DNA from: Hormiphora californensis
Taxonomy: Eukaryota; Animalia; Ctenophora
Assembly (NCBI GenBank): GCA_020137815.1
Contig: CM035357.1
Coordinates: 3,596,001-3,660,000, forward strand
Length of the DNA: 64,000 nucleotides
Reading direction: 5' to 3'
A model generated the notes under the pieces. It had not been told where the DNA came from and ran no database searches. It was given only the letters and a program-made list of their open reading frames with translations. This document shows positions 1 through 13,165 of the stretch, piece by piece (position 1 is the first letter of the stretch; each line of letters opens with the position of its first letter). A program made the position numbers and the translations under genes.

Positions 1-333
1 ACAACGAGGAAAATTACCCATCATCATCGTCAGGTTTGGCATCTTGCCCAATATCCTCAAAATTACAGGGGATTGGACAGGAAACTGGATATAATTATAT
101 CCATACAATTACTTGCCTGGCTAGACTGTGTTTCGGGCGCCCGCGCCCGAAACACCTTTACAAATGTAAAGGGAGGGTTAGAACGTAACAAACAATTACA
201 TACACTTCCCCTTTCTTCCCCTTCCTTCCCCTTTTTGTCGACCAAAAGACGATAAAAACGCCTTCAAATGCACCCTTTTTTAACGAGTTAGTGTCGTCAT
301 CAGGTGAGTTGAGCCCCATTTTGGCACCCCCAG

Positions 334-1922
334 GCTGCGATAACATGATGCTTGATATGGCTGTTAGCGCTGACAAGGGACCCTTTATCAGCGCCACTAA
401 GGCTAATAAGAGCCTGCAAAGAGCACTTGGCAGGTTCCTGGTTTACCATGAGAAGGAGAGGAAGGTAGGATAATGGTTTTTATCTCGGCATGATCTGAAT
501 TTATGTTTTAAACTCTTTCTATATCTCCCTAGTCCCTCTAGATCAGGAACCGACACCGGATTAAGTAAACAACCAATCAGAACTCGTTATTTAGGTCACG
601 TGACTGGTTATCAGCCAATCAGGGACCAGTATTTCCTGATTCTGTCGGTTCTTGCTGATCTAGATAATATCTTGCTCCCTCCACTTCCAGATAATATCTC
701 GGCAACTGGATCTAGAGAGACGTGTGTACAGAAAGAAGGTGAACCGTTGCTCCACCGCAGTACCGGGAGGCAGGAAGACACGTACAGCCTTCACTACCAC
801 AACCGAGGATCGGAATGACGAGGTAAGGGGCCAACTTACAAAAAGAGTTATAGAATTCTCACAAGCTAGTAGTAGTACAGTCGATCCCCGATTTACCGGG
901 ATGCTCGGGGGAAAGGGTTTTGCCCGGTATATCGGCCATCGGGGTCAAATTTAATTTCCTAGCTAAATCAGAGTAGGTTTATCCTCCCGGTAAATCGGAG
1001 TCCGACTGTATTTGGGGTAAACATGAATAATTTAGATACAGTCACCACGTCGTGCACCCCCCGGGAGGTTCTTGAGGCCATTAGCTCATGGTGCCCGTGG
1101 AAGTCTCGATACCGCCCTGACTCATACAGATCTGGGTCGCATCCTAAAAATGGTCGATTCTTCGGTGGGGGTAAGGGTAGATAGCCTTGTGGTTCATTGT
1201 GGTTTATTGTGAGGCATCGAGGACGAGTTGTTGAATGAACATGATCTATCAATGAAATCTCACACCCGCCACCGTGGCCCAAATTCACCCAAGATGAATG
1301 AATGGAAGCCGAAAACCCGATGCAAAACACTACCAGCAGCCTTCATAAAACATTTCATAAAACTTTAAATTGCTTTTAATTCTTTCTTCATTGATTATGC
1401 GATCATTCTTCCCGTTGAAATTGTATTTATACTACAACTTGCTATTCAGCAAACTTGACGACATTACAAGCAACTATATCATGCCAGTTTAATCTAAATT
1501 CTCAATTGTTCAGGATGCAGACGGAGATGGAAGGTGGGCTATAACCAAGAAAACCAACCTAAACACTCCCACACCTCGACGTCCCAAAACCGCGGGAGAA
1601 CCATCGAGTAGGGTTAGTTAATAAGCTGTCACGGGTAACCATGGTAGCTGGTTAGTTACTATGTTATCCCTTCCATTTCCATGGTTTTGGTAACCATGGT
1701 AACCATGCAGTAGGGTACCACCCATGTTATTTTCCCCTGATTCCCAGCTACCATATCCAGGTACCAAGGATAGCACTCCGAGATCCGGCGATTGAGGATG
1801 ACACACTTGAGATGACGTACACCTTTAATTCCTTATTTGGCGATGTACAGAGACATGTGATTCCCACTGGATCAGACCCCCTGGACAGCCCTGTGGATCC
1901 CCTAGCTAGTGCGAAGGTATAA
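334..1922 (+). CDS. Uncharacterised multi-exon protein; 5' end uncertain
   Basis: Exons 334-464, 691-822, 1514-1612 and 1761-1922 join in frame at GT-AG sites (...MMLDMAVSADKGPF...EKERK|IISRQLDLERRVY...RNDE|DADGDGRW...EPSSR|VPRIALRD...SAKV*). AATAAA at 1965-1970. No domain recognised. Confidence 0.6.
544..654. mobile_element. Short interspersed MITE-like repeat (CAGGAACCGAC...GTCGGTTCTTG)
   Basis: Inverted termini. A near-identical partial copy lies at ~30549-30609. Both copies are intronic. Confidence 0.6.
878..1008. mobile_element. Tc1/mariner/pogo-type MITE, CAGTCG(G)ACCCCGATTT family
   Basis: TA|CAGTCG...CGACTG|TA, with internal CCGATTTACCGG/CCGGTAAATCGG repeats. At least 6 copies in the window. 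Confidence 0.8.
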
Positions 1923-2185
1923 GAGGGTTTCATACGGGCTAGAACTTCTAGTAGAAGCTGAACAAATAAATTGGTTTAGGATGTTTTTGAGTGTGATCAA
2001 TTACAAAACGCCTTTATTAGGTGGGCAATTGAAATTATGTTTGAAAATATATGTCTCTGTGGTCATATAAATTTGAGAAGCAATATCTAGATTAAAGAGT
2101 TGCAGTTTGAGACAGCTGTATTCAAAATACATTGTTTTACAGGCACCTACAACACCTAGCAGCGGTCGGAGTCTTCGAAGGTGAA

Positions 2186-3098
2186 TATAGCTTTTTGACA
2201 TAACTGCATTGATTTTGTTGGTATTTGACAACTATTAGTATAATATGGGCTTTCAATTTAATTTCTTTCGAGACATATATTTCAATTCAATCTACGTAAA
2301 TTAACCTGTCTAGACGATAAAATGTTCTCAATTTTCGCATATAGCTTTTTGACATAACTGCATTGGCCATTGATTTTGTTGGTATTTGACAACTATTAGT
2401 ATAATACTAGTAGGCCCGTTCGCCCTACGGGCGAATTTCGGGGAAATGATAGCTGGATTAGGGAATGCTGACATCACCTGCACCATCCGTTCCTAGCCTA
2501 TCTCTCACTTTCTCCCTACTCATGTTGGTGTACGCTCTGGGCTTCCTGACAATGTCGAGGTGCGAATTTAAGAGATCAATGTCATGGAGGTGCAGTGCTG
2601 TTCCAGAAACTCATCACGTGAAAACTTGGCCGCTATGTAGCCAATTCAGAGATTTCTATATTCGACTGGAGTAATCACCCTTGGGCGACTTTGGGTAAAG
2701 CTATCCGTAGTCGTTGATTGCTCACTTGAACACGTTGGCGTAATCTGTTATAGTCTCTGACAGCAGCAGTTCTCCTGGACCTAGATAAACGTTGCCGAAT
2801 AGCGTCTGGGGTGGAAGAGCTAGACATCAGGATTCAGGACAGAAGTAAAACAATGCACGTGCAGAATTGAATTTCCCCTTGGTATCCAACTGAAACCGGG
2901 AGAGAGATCTCCAGGTCTCTCTAATAATTGCACGTGCAAGACTTGTACTTAGTGTAGTTGCTAGGTGATCACCGTTACACAATTTGCTTAGTAAGTAGTA
3001 TGATGGGCCTTCAATTTAATTTCTTTCGAGACATATATTTCAATTCAATCTACGTAAATTGACCTGTCTAGACGATAAAATGTTCTCAATTTTCGCAT
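2186..3098. repeat. ~153-bp tandem duplication whose second copy is split by a Helitron
   Basis: 2186-2338 is repeated as 2339-2406 plus 3004-3098. Confidence 0.85.
2407..3003 (-). mobile_element. Non-autonomous Helitron, 597 bp
   Basis: On the - strand it begins TC(ATACTAC) and ends CTAG, with hairpin TTCGCCC-gta-GGGCGAA 12 nt from the end. It sits between A and T with no TSD. The empty site is visible at 2245/2246. Confidence 0.9.
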
Positions 3099-3131
3099 AC
3101 TTATGATCATCCTCTTATCTACTGGCATTAA

Positions 3132-4011
3132 CCCTTTGGGACCGATAGTGGCGCCATCAACAGAAATATCTGAAAATTGCTGGAGACACTCCTAACAAGC
3201 CTACTTGAAAGCAGAACCAAAAAACTCGTCTCTACGAACTTTGTTTCTGTGGGGTCACCAGTGACCCTATCGGTCTCAAATGGAATGCAAACAATTGAGA
3301 TCTCGTAGCTATTTTGCCTCATAACTCGAAAACCGCTCATCTTAGACCCTATGTTTCTTCATAACACTTATATAAACCCGGCCATTCTGCACATTTTACA
3401 CACCCTATGGACCTCTGTATCTCATCTGTAGCCGATTTTAGAATTTCAAATTGGCCGAGATGAAAATTTTTATGAAGGAGCACGAATCTCAAAAAATTTT
3501 TCAGCGACTCTCTAAGATGTATAGATAACACTGATGGAGTCGGTTAGTCGCTAGCACCCGTTTGAAAAATGCCGTTTTAGACCTTTATCGGTGGCCAATC
3601 CTTTAGAAATGCACGTAAAATCCAAATTTCTATATTAGCGTTAGGGGACGATAGGGTCACTGGTGACCCCGGCATTATTTGCCCTCTGAGCGTTGTAAAT
3701 TTGATCAAATCATCACGAAACTTCATACCGGGGTAAAACCTATGGTTTTCTTTTGATTTGTAGGTCCATTATTGGCTTACTTATACCGTTTTAGAGATAT
3801 GGCCAACTTTACACCAAAATTTCAACTTTTATGGCTTAGAGTTGGCATTTCTAGTAAACTAAGATGTTCAAAGCTTAAAATGACCCCAAAAACAGCCAAA
3901 AAGTGTCTATTCTAACCCGGAAAACCATTTAAACTTCTTAGATTTAGTTCGGACAGACGCTAGATGCATAATTAGCGTGGGGTCACTGGTGACCCTATCG
4001 GTCTCAAAGGG
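3132..4011. mobile_element. Non-autonomous piggyBac-like element
   Basis: TTAA TSD (3128-3131, 4012-4015), TIR CCCTTTG(G/A)GACCGATAG, and internal GGGTCACnnGTGACCC palindromes at ~3252, ~3654 and ~3979. Confidence 0.85.
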
Positions 4012-4101
4012 TTAAACTGAGAGTGGACAGAATGCTCAAATGCACTATAAATATAATGTTGGGGGTAGTAGAAAGTATATTATAATAGCCCATTGAGCAT
4101 A

Positions 4102-4273
4102 CAGTCGGACCCCGATTTACCGGGATGCTCGGGGGAAAGGGTTTTGCCCGGTAAATCGGGGTGCCCGGTATATCGGGGTGAAATACCGTAAATTCCCTAT
4201 ATTGGGGGAAGTTTACCCTCCCGGTAAATCGGGGTTCCGGTAAATCGGGGCCCGGTAAATCGGGGTCCAACTG
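4102..4273. mobile_element. Tc1/mariner/pogo-type MITE, CAGTCGGACCCCG family
   Basis: TA TSD, TIR CAGTCGGACCCCGATTTACCGGG. Confidence 0.85.
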
Positions 4274-4460
4274 TATTTTGTGAGTTGGATTTGAGTCGCC
4301 TGACATAACAAATGTATGAACATTGTTCATTGAACTATTCAAAGTCGGAGGATACTGGTGGGATATGATTATGAATACCTACTGCAGTCCAATTCTGTTT
4401 CTGTCCACTGTCCACTCTCATTTTAAATTTAAATTTACTGATAGATGGATGTCTGGAACA

Positions 4461-4573
4461 CTGTCTACCAGTACCAGACATGTCTACCAGTACCAGACAG
4501 ACATGTCTACCAGTACCAGACATGTCTACCAGTACCAGACATGTCTACAGACAGACATGTCTACCAGTACCAG
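4461..4573. repeat. Minisatellite, ~19-23 bp unit TCTACCAGTACCAGACATG
   Basis: About 5 tandem units. Confidence 0.85.
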
Positions 4574-4857
4574 TTCTTCTTCTTCTTTGAAGAAGTTCTT
4601 AGGGGAACCAGATACAGACTGGCCAGTTCGCACCGCGCCGTCTGTCATGGTTGATTACGAAGTTATCCCAACCTTGCCATCGTGCTTCGTAACCAACTGT
4701 CATGGTCCCCTTCACACTATATTCTTCAGCATATCATATATAACCCCCTCTACTCATCATGTTATTTAGAGCAATAAGTGTATCTCGTTCTATTTCTACA
4801 ACTGATATCAACCTCCTTGATTCCTGTGGACCCGATATCGACTTTAGAGACCCGTAA

Positions 4858-5147
4858 GGGGAAACTCTAACTGAATGGCATCCCATTAATGGGATCCCAT
4901 CAACAGTAAAACTCTAACTGATAATGGACCACAGTGATGGTTCTTTCTCTGTATTCTCTCTGTAGGCAGTACATCTATGTACTGCCTACAGAGAGAATAC
5001 AGAGAAAGAACTATAGGGCATGCCCGGGCACGGGCGCGCACACAGAGAGAATACAGAGAAAGAACCATCACTGTGGTCCATTATCAGTTAGAGTTTTACT
5101 GTTGATGGGATCCCATTAATGGGATGCCATTCAGTTAGAGTTTCCCG
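4858..5147. mobile_element. PIF/Harbinger-like foldback MITE
   Basis: TAA TSD and ~105-bp near-perfect inverted arms starting GGGGAAACTCTAACTG. Second copy at 37571-38682. Confidence 0.85.
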
Positions 5148-5757
5148 TAAACTAGTTAACTGTTATAGTAGTGTGTGGTAGAGGTGCCGTGAAGCATCTC
5201 TGTTATCGACTTTATTAGAGACCCATGTGATGTGTGTGACTGTACCCGTAAATCAGTAAACTGTAGTAGTTAAACTGTGTGGTAGAGATACTGTCAAGTT
5301 GTCAAGTTGCATCGCACCCTAGTATCTCGTACGATTCGCTCAGAGATCTTCTGCAGAAGAGCGAGGCTGACAGCTGTAGGGTACTACTATGAAAGTTGTG
5401 AAGCAACCTGTCTCGTGTGACTCGTTGAGAGAGAAGGGGGGTTGTTCTCCACCACTTACTGAATAATTTGTGACGCATGAAGACGAAGATTATAAAGATG
5501 ATAAAGATGATAAAGCAGTTTCATGGTTATCTAGAATTTATTGTGAAGCACATATAACGTGATCTTGACAATTGCCTAATTAGAATGCTTTCAATGTCTT
5601 AAATAATGTCTTACATGTCCCATACTGCTCAAGATCAAGAGTCAATTATGCCTCCCTTGATCAAAAGGGGAATGCGTTATTGAATCTTGAACAGATCATA
5701 CTCCAAAAAATAAAAAATAAAGAATGATCACCAAGAACCCCCCCCCCCTTCTTCAGA

Positions 5758-7879
5758 ATGGCGAGCATGGAAGCGTATGCTGCGTTGGAGCGGAAGCGGA
5801 GCAGTGATTGCTCCACCCCTCGTTCTACCATCCCTCTCTCAGCTACCTCGCCCCGTTCTGACCCCTTGGCAGAGGAGGAGGATCAGAGGGAAGGAGAGGA
5901 GGAGTTCGTGAGTGAGAATCTGTTTGGAAATTTGTCCATACAGATGCACAAAGATAACAAACGGTAATTGGTCTTTCAATTGAAGAGAACTGCAGGTGGC
6001 AATGGTAGGGTAGAAAGGGGTAAAATGGCACACCGGGTAAAATGGCACATGTATGGGGTAAAATGGTCCTAGTTATTACATGTAGTCACGTGACTTTTTC
6101 TCCAGCGGAGACCTGCTCGTTCTGTTCCGAATTTTTGCTTTAAAACTGCTGTAATTTCTGTTTGAGTTGGCCGATTTTAATTTTGCAAAAACTGCCAGTT
6201 AGGGTTTTTATCCTTCTAAAACTTGGTATAAAAATTTTTCAAAAAACCCACTATTAAGTTGATTAAATTGTCAAATTAGTCAAACTGGGGTAAAATGGTT
6301 CACCCTCGCTGGGGTAAAATGGTTCACCCTGGGACCAATGAAATCGAGCCTCCAATACCACGTGATACCAACTGGGGTAAAATGGTCCAGCACACTGGGG
6401 TAAAATGGTCCAGCAGAACAGAAATTACTGAAGATAACATGGACCATTTTACCCCAGTGCTCTAACAACACCAGGCACGTGATAAAAATCGAGCAATGCT
6501 ATTGGCTGGACCATTTTACCCCAGTGCAAAATTTCCAAAAAAAGGCCTACCAAACTTTTTGAATTGATTAATTAAGCTATTAAATAAAACTTTCAGATTT
6601 TAAAATTTAGCTCGTCTGAAAGGAAAACGTTTCATTGGATAGCCTATATAATTTTTTTTCTTCTTGCTGTATAAACTGATTATTTTAGAACCTAAAACGT
6701 TAGAAAGTGTGCCATTTTACCCCTTTCTACCCTACTGCAATTTTCATGATGAATTCATCTCATATCTTGTTGAGTACTTGGTGTATTACCCAACAAATCA
6801 CATGCTGTCAAATTTGGGTCTGGCACCGCCAGACAGACAAGTCATCCCGTTCAAAGTTAACTAACTAAGTTAACTAACTAAGTTAAGTTAACTAACTAAG
6901 CTAAACTCACTCGGAATCTTTTAATTTTGTAGGTTTGATAGAATAAACGTGTGCGCTTCCCCAGCTTCCCCCTGCCGACCTCGCATAGAAGCCAGACGCG
7001 AATCACTGCTCTGTAAGCCACCGACGGTAAATATGCATACATGAATTATATTCAACTTTCAAACATATTTTATTTCTCGGGCGGCGTTAAAAATTATGGT
7101 AAAGAAAAGCAATTGCTGTCTAATTTTTAAAGGAACCACTTCTAGTCTTGGCATGAGTAATGAATATGTTCCTAGGCATTACATATAGCTGATTCTTAAA
7201 GTTATACTACGTCTTTATGCTCGTCGTAAGCTAGTTATTATACTATTTGCAATATTTTAGGCGGAACAGCTTGGCCGAAAGCTGATTCATAACGTTATAC
7301 TACTTTATGCTCGTTTATGCTAGTTATATACTAGTTATATGCTAGTTATATTATTTGCAATATTTTACTTTTAGGCAGAACAGCTTGGCCGATCGAAACG
7401 CTACGAAATTCGTCGTGACTCTGTCGCAAGTTCCTGCTATACAGGACGGTCTTCGTTTGATTTGGATAGTAGTGGAACTGCTACCACCCTGAGTTACATG
7501 GCAGGACAGGAACCTGGGATGGCTATCAGCAAAGCCATCAGTTTCCTTGATAAACTGGATAAAAATGCACCAACGAAAAGGTAAAACTGTGCACTGCACT
7601 GACAGAGTATTGGCCTGACCCTATTCTATTCACACTGCACTGTCATGGTCAGAGCATTGGCCTGACAAAAGGTAGCTGTGCAGCAGTTTGGGGTGAATTC
7701 CCCCCTCTTTCTCTTGCTGTATCTGAATTAGTTAGAAAAATTGGATTGATTTAGAGTTTGAAATATCGATGTGTTAAAAATTGATCCTCGAAATTGCCTC
7801 CAGGTCAAAATGCCACGAAGATCTGGTTGGCATGGACGAATCGATTCGATCAGAAAAACAGAAAGTTCCTCCAATTTGA
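5758..7879 (+). CDS. Uncharacterised 193-aa Ser/Arg-rich protein, 4 coding exons
   Basis: Exons 5758-5963, 6933-7026, 7375-7580 and 7804-7879 are all open and phase-compatible (2,0,2). The ATG follows a pyrimidine-rich TTCAG. Confidence 0.7.
6008..6732. mobile_element. Non-autonomous DNA transposon (TA-flanked, Tc1/mariner-like) in intron 1
   Basis: TIR GGGTAGAAAGGGGTAAAATGGCACAC, TA on both sides, and multiple internal GGGGTAAAATGG repeats in both orientations. Confidence 0.8.
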
Positions 7880-8699
7880 CCGGGATATATGAGATTGACA
7901 TGGTCATGCGGAATGAATTTGAAAATATTAATTGTATTTTGACCGGGATGAAGTTTGGAACTGGTCCTTGAAACCACCATGATCTTCGCCTAGCTAGACT
8001 CTGTTTCTGACTCTGACAATTTTGATTGTATAGCTTTGTGAGGGTTCGGCAGATCAAAATACAGTGTGTGATTTTCCGGCTCCACACCGGCCCGAAGAAG
8101 GGTGTAATTTGGCATGTTTCTTGCCTGTCAGCTCTCACACCAGGCCGAAGGCCCGGTGTGAGCTTACGCGAGCCCAAAGGGCGAGCGTAAGCGAGTGCCG
8201 AACAGACAGACAGTGCCGAACAGACAGTGCCGAACAGACAGACTGCGTAGCATGGCAAGGTGTAATAAAACCATTACTTAATTTGGTACATATTCGTATA
8301 TTTTAATTTTTATAAAACCATAAAGAATTGTAAATCTGGTTCCATTAACTATTGTAAAAAAGCTTCCAATCGATCACTCGATTTGGTAACCACATGCCCC
8401 CGAAAAAAGTAGTTATTTTTGAACTGCCCAAAAGTGGGGGACGTGTCATGTATTGTGTGACCTGTGTGTTTTACTTGTTGAGTGAATTACTCAACAATGT
8501 TTCACAATGTTTAGCCAGTACGTGGTTAGGGGGTAGAATTTCATTTATTGACATCTTGATACGAATTTCATTTTGATGCTGAGAGTTCTCAGTGTCATTA
8601 GACGAATTTTAGGTTCTATGTACAAATAAGTCACAGATACCCCATTAAAATTAGTTGAAAGTTGATTGAAAGTTCAGAGTTTAGAGTTTGACAAAGTAT

Positions 8700-8910
<211 letters not shown>

Positions 8911-11252
8911 ACCTGTATACTTCCGTCTGCTAGGAGCTGCTGGTGCATGTTGCACTCACTCTCTATCCCTCTCTCTTTCTCTATGTGTTGTACTCGCGTG
9001 AACGACAGCGTTTATTTTATAGTTTCACTCTGCAACTTGCTTGTGTGTTGTTATTTCAGTAGCAGCAGCAGAGCGTGTATATAGTGTTTCCTCGTGGGTG
9101 TATATTAGCTACACTAGTATACCAGTACATGTTGTATAGTTTAGTAGACACTATTGGAAATAACTTATTGAACGTTACTTATATTATTAATTATTGTCTG
9201 GAACTTGCGTAGCGATTTGAGCCCCCTTGTTTTTGGGACCATCTTACAAAAACAGTACCCGGGTATTATACTCAAAAACCATGATCTGGATTGTAGAAAT
9301 AGGTCGTTACTCGTTGATTATTTCTCCTGAAATCCAACGAGTCTCAATTGTCCATTATATCATTACAACAGAATTATTTCTCCTAGCTGGCTCTATAAGC
9401 GCCACTAGTACATAAATTATGTATTTTACTATCGTCGTCGTCTGACCGCAGTACAGTAGTACACAGGCATGATAGTCCAACACTACTATTATAGCTAGGT
9501 CTCAATATATACTCTCGTGTATGTGTGTGTCTCTCTCTTTCTCTCTGTATATTTCCCCCATCTCTCTCCCTCCGATCTTTATACATTTCTCAACTCTCCT
9601 TCCTCCTTCGGTTGCAATGGCAGCGTTTACGATTGTATACGTAGTATTATAGTACAGTGTGTTCTTGATTTTAACATATATATCGTCGTAGGGATTAAAG
9701 GATGTTATTGATGATGGTGTAAAACCGAAAAAAAACTACTGCGTTGTTCCTTCGCCTCCCATCCCCTATATATACAGCTTAGTTCAGGTTTTTCTCGAAC
9801 CTTCTCGAACCTTCTGATCGAATCTTCTGATGGGTGTCTATTTTTCAAAACACGTTGTTCTCTAATGCGATGATTTCTACTGCCAGACCCTAATTGTAGC
9901 CCTATTCAAGTGATTTTGTATTTTTTTAGTAAAGCATAATATAGAAGCTCACATCCTTCCGGTATGCTTTATCATTTATACTGAACTTGTTGTGTGGGTT
10001 GTTGAGTAAGGGGGAAGAGTCTTCCCCCTTACTCCACAAAGTGTGGGTTGCATTAAAATAGTGTTACCAGAGATTCTGATCAGTCCTGTCAAATTTGTCT
10101 GATCGAGATTATCAAGTACGATCAGGTACAACTAGTTGTACTAGTTGTACTAGTTGCCACTATTGGTTACGCAAGCTATCGATTGCCATCATGCTACTCA
10201 GTCTGTCGTTCGCCTTCGCTCATGTATATACGTTAGAGCCCGCGGAGACTGGGAAAATGACAAGCTATATCGATTTCGTATTAGTTGACGATATCTCGAT
10301 CTCATTAACGGGTCTTTACCAAGATTGTACAAGAGAGGGATTACCTATTTCTCCGACTTCTGCGACTCAAACAGTCTCACTCCTTACTCAATTGTGTTGG
10401 ATTCTATTAGACAGTGTACGTGATTTGATCCGTATAGCAGTACTATAGATGATAGATTATGTGTAAAGATATGTCTGGTATATTAAAATTGAGATCTTGA
10501 TCATGTTAGTTACTTGAATTGTAACCACTGAAAGTAAGATAGTAATGCTACTTCTAACGTTAAAACCAGTGCTGGTTTGAACGTTAGAAATTAAGTTTGA
10601 ACTAGCATACCTATATTACTATGGCTGGTTATAAGTCTACCAGAATTATCTTTCATCACTTAACTTAAGTAAAGACTTAGCTTTTTAGTAAAACTATTCA
10701 ACCAAAGAATTTAACCTTATAAAGTAATATATACCGTACTTATAAGTTTCAAATCCAATAGATTGAATAAGTGGCCTAGATTACCGAATAATATAATTAC
10801 TCAGTAAATTATGTGTCTTTATAAGAGAATTAGAGCTCGGGGATTCGTGTGTGTTTACTATTGATAAAGTAAATTTACTTCCTTGATAGATCTTTTATAT
10901 TTGAAGAGTATTAGGCCATAGGGTTGACGTGAAATATATATAGTGATCCTTCCCTCTTTTTTTCTTATTTTTCTTGCCATTTCTCTTGATGCACTTGACT
11001 TTCTCGCACCTTGCTTAATTTTTAAAGAGAACAGCAGGGGTTTTCTTAAAAATCTTAAAAACCTTGCTCAGTCTGTAATTTAGTATTAATAGTTTGCATT
11101 GTCTCGACACAGCTTAACTGCCCCTTGTTTTGATGCATTACGTCAATAAACTGCACCTCTATAACAAGAGTCTAGACGCATTACACCTAAGGTACCTAAT
11201 AATAGTATTGCAAAACAACTTGGGTGGTCCGTGGTCTCAATTTTACACCATA

Positions 11253-11937
11253 ACGGGTGACAACTAAAAATTGTTACTAATTTAAAACAGCTGTAGAATT
11301 TTTCCCTTTTGAGATACAGCTTCGGGCCAGTGATAGAACGATTTTTCAGACAATTTTGAATCATGATAACATAACGGCGATGACTAAAACGTTCATTCTC
11401 ATAGCGATATCGGATCATTTCCTCTTGCCCCACCAAAGCATATAGTACGGAGATTTGAAATTTCTATGTTATCAGAAACGACCTTCCCGATGAGATAGAA
11501 TTCTCATTATAATTGGAAGTCTGGTTGTTCATGCCATAACCAACATAACTGCCAAGTTTGAAGATTTTGGCTGATTAGGAAGTTGGGGTTCCACGGTCAT
11601 TAATGTTTCGAGAGATGTCGAAATGGCGATTTCTCAAACTACCTGTAAACTACGCTTTGTTACAGAAGATTCTGATCAGGAATTGAGATTTATGAAGTTT
11701 GAAGCAAAGTTAATTTCGTTCAAAATTGTCTGAAAAATCATTCTATCACTGTCCCGAAGCTGTATTTCGACTAGAACAGGCGCTAGAGGTGCTAGAAAAA
11801 CGTGTAGATTTCACGTTATGTTTTTCTGATTCAAAATTGTCTGAAAAATCGTTCTATCACTGGCCCGAAGCTGTATCTCAAAAGGGAAAAATTCTACAGC
11901 TGTTTTAAATTAGTAACAATTTTTAGTTGTCACCCGT
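11253..11937. mobile_element. Non-autonomous Tc1/mariner-like element with ~110-bp TIRs
   Basis: TA|ACGGGTGACAACTAAAAATTG...CAATTTTTAGTTGTCACCCGT|TA. Confidence 0.85.
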
Positions 11938-12414
11938 TATGTTGAACTTTTGAACTTATACAGATATCATATAGCGACTTGTCTAGCTCGTAAGCAAATG
12001 TAAAGGAGGCCGAGGGTATTAGAACATAACAAATTTTGACCTTCTGCTTGAATTAGGGAAAGTGGTATTCTCGAACGCTATTATAATCGGTCACTTTTCG
12101 CCAAGGATCCCGGCCAGCAGCTGAATCATTATATATCTCCAATGCCACTACGAATGTCAGTTTAATTTAAGTCTCACCGTGAAAGGGGTCCTGTAACAGA
12201 TCCCATAACATAATTGAACGAAATGTTAGTTGTATCACGTATTTAATAACTGACATAATTATGTAACATAATCTAAAGCTAATACCAATGTAAAAGATAT
12301 ACAAGATCAATTCAGTTCTTTAGCTCTCTTTTTAAGATGAAATTAACAAGCATTTCTCGCTCGTGTCTTGCTTTGCAAACGTCTCTGATACTCTTGTTCG
12401 GCGTTTTATTTATG

Positions 12415-12665
<251 letters not shown>

Positions 12666-13165
12666 GTTCACATTTCTGCTTTACATACTTGCTATATATC
12701 TGCTTGAGGGTGGTCATGAGAGCTTTTATCTTGCTTTTTATCTTCCTAAATTTGCCATCACTGGTCTATAAAATATTACATAATTTGATCACTGCCATTT
12801 CCAGTTTCGCAACTCTTGCAGTTCGTTTTGACACGTCCATATATTAATTTAAAACGTGCATCTTTCTATGGAATAGTTTTTAATTACAAACGTTCTTAGT
12901 AAAATGTCTTTATGAAAATGAAAGCTATGAGACATGACAACGTGACATCTCGGGCTAATTAAAATAAAGAACGATGATACAACACACTTTTATATTACTA
13001 AGTTTTCTATCTTTGGGTAAGCAAGAGTTTATTTAGTGGATTCTTGAAAAGTGTCATTTTACTTAAACACCAAGATCTTATTGATGAACAATAAATGACA
13101 GTATTATAGTCAGTTCACACGAAACCCCCCAATTAATGAATATTTCAATAAATATATCTCCGCAG

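Noticed and set aside
8060-8272. GC-rich hairpin cluster with GTGCCGAACAGACA repeats, possibly a Crypton-like or Helitron-like end or an ncRNA
   Set aside because: Single copy here, with no definable boundaries or diagnostic termini.
10095-10448. ORF with a signal-peptide-like stretch as first exon of the LRR gene
   Set aside because: No convincing phase-1 donor; cannot be linked without transcripts.
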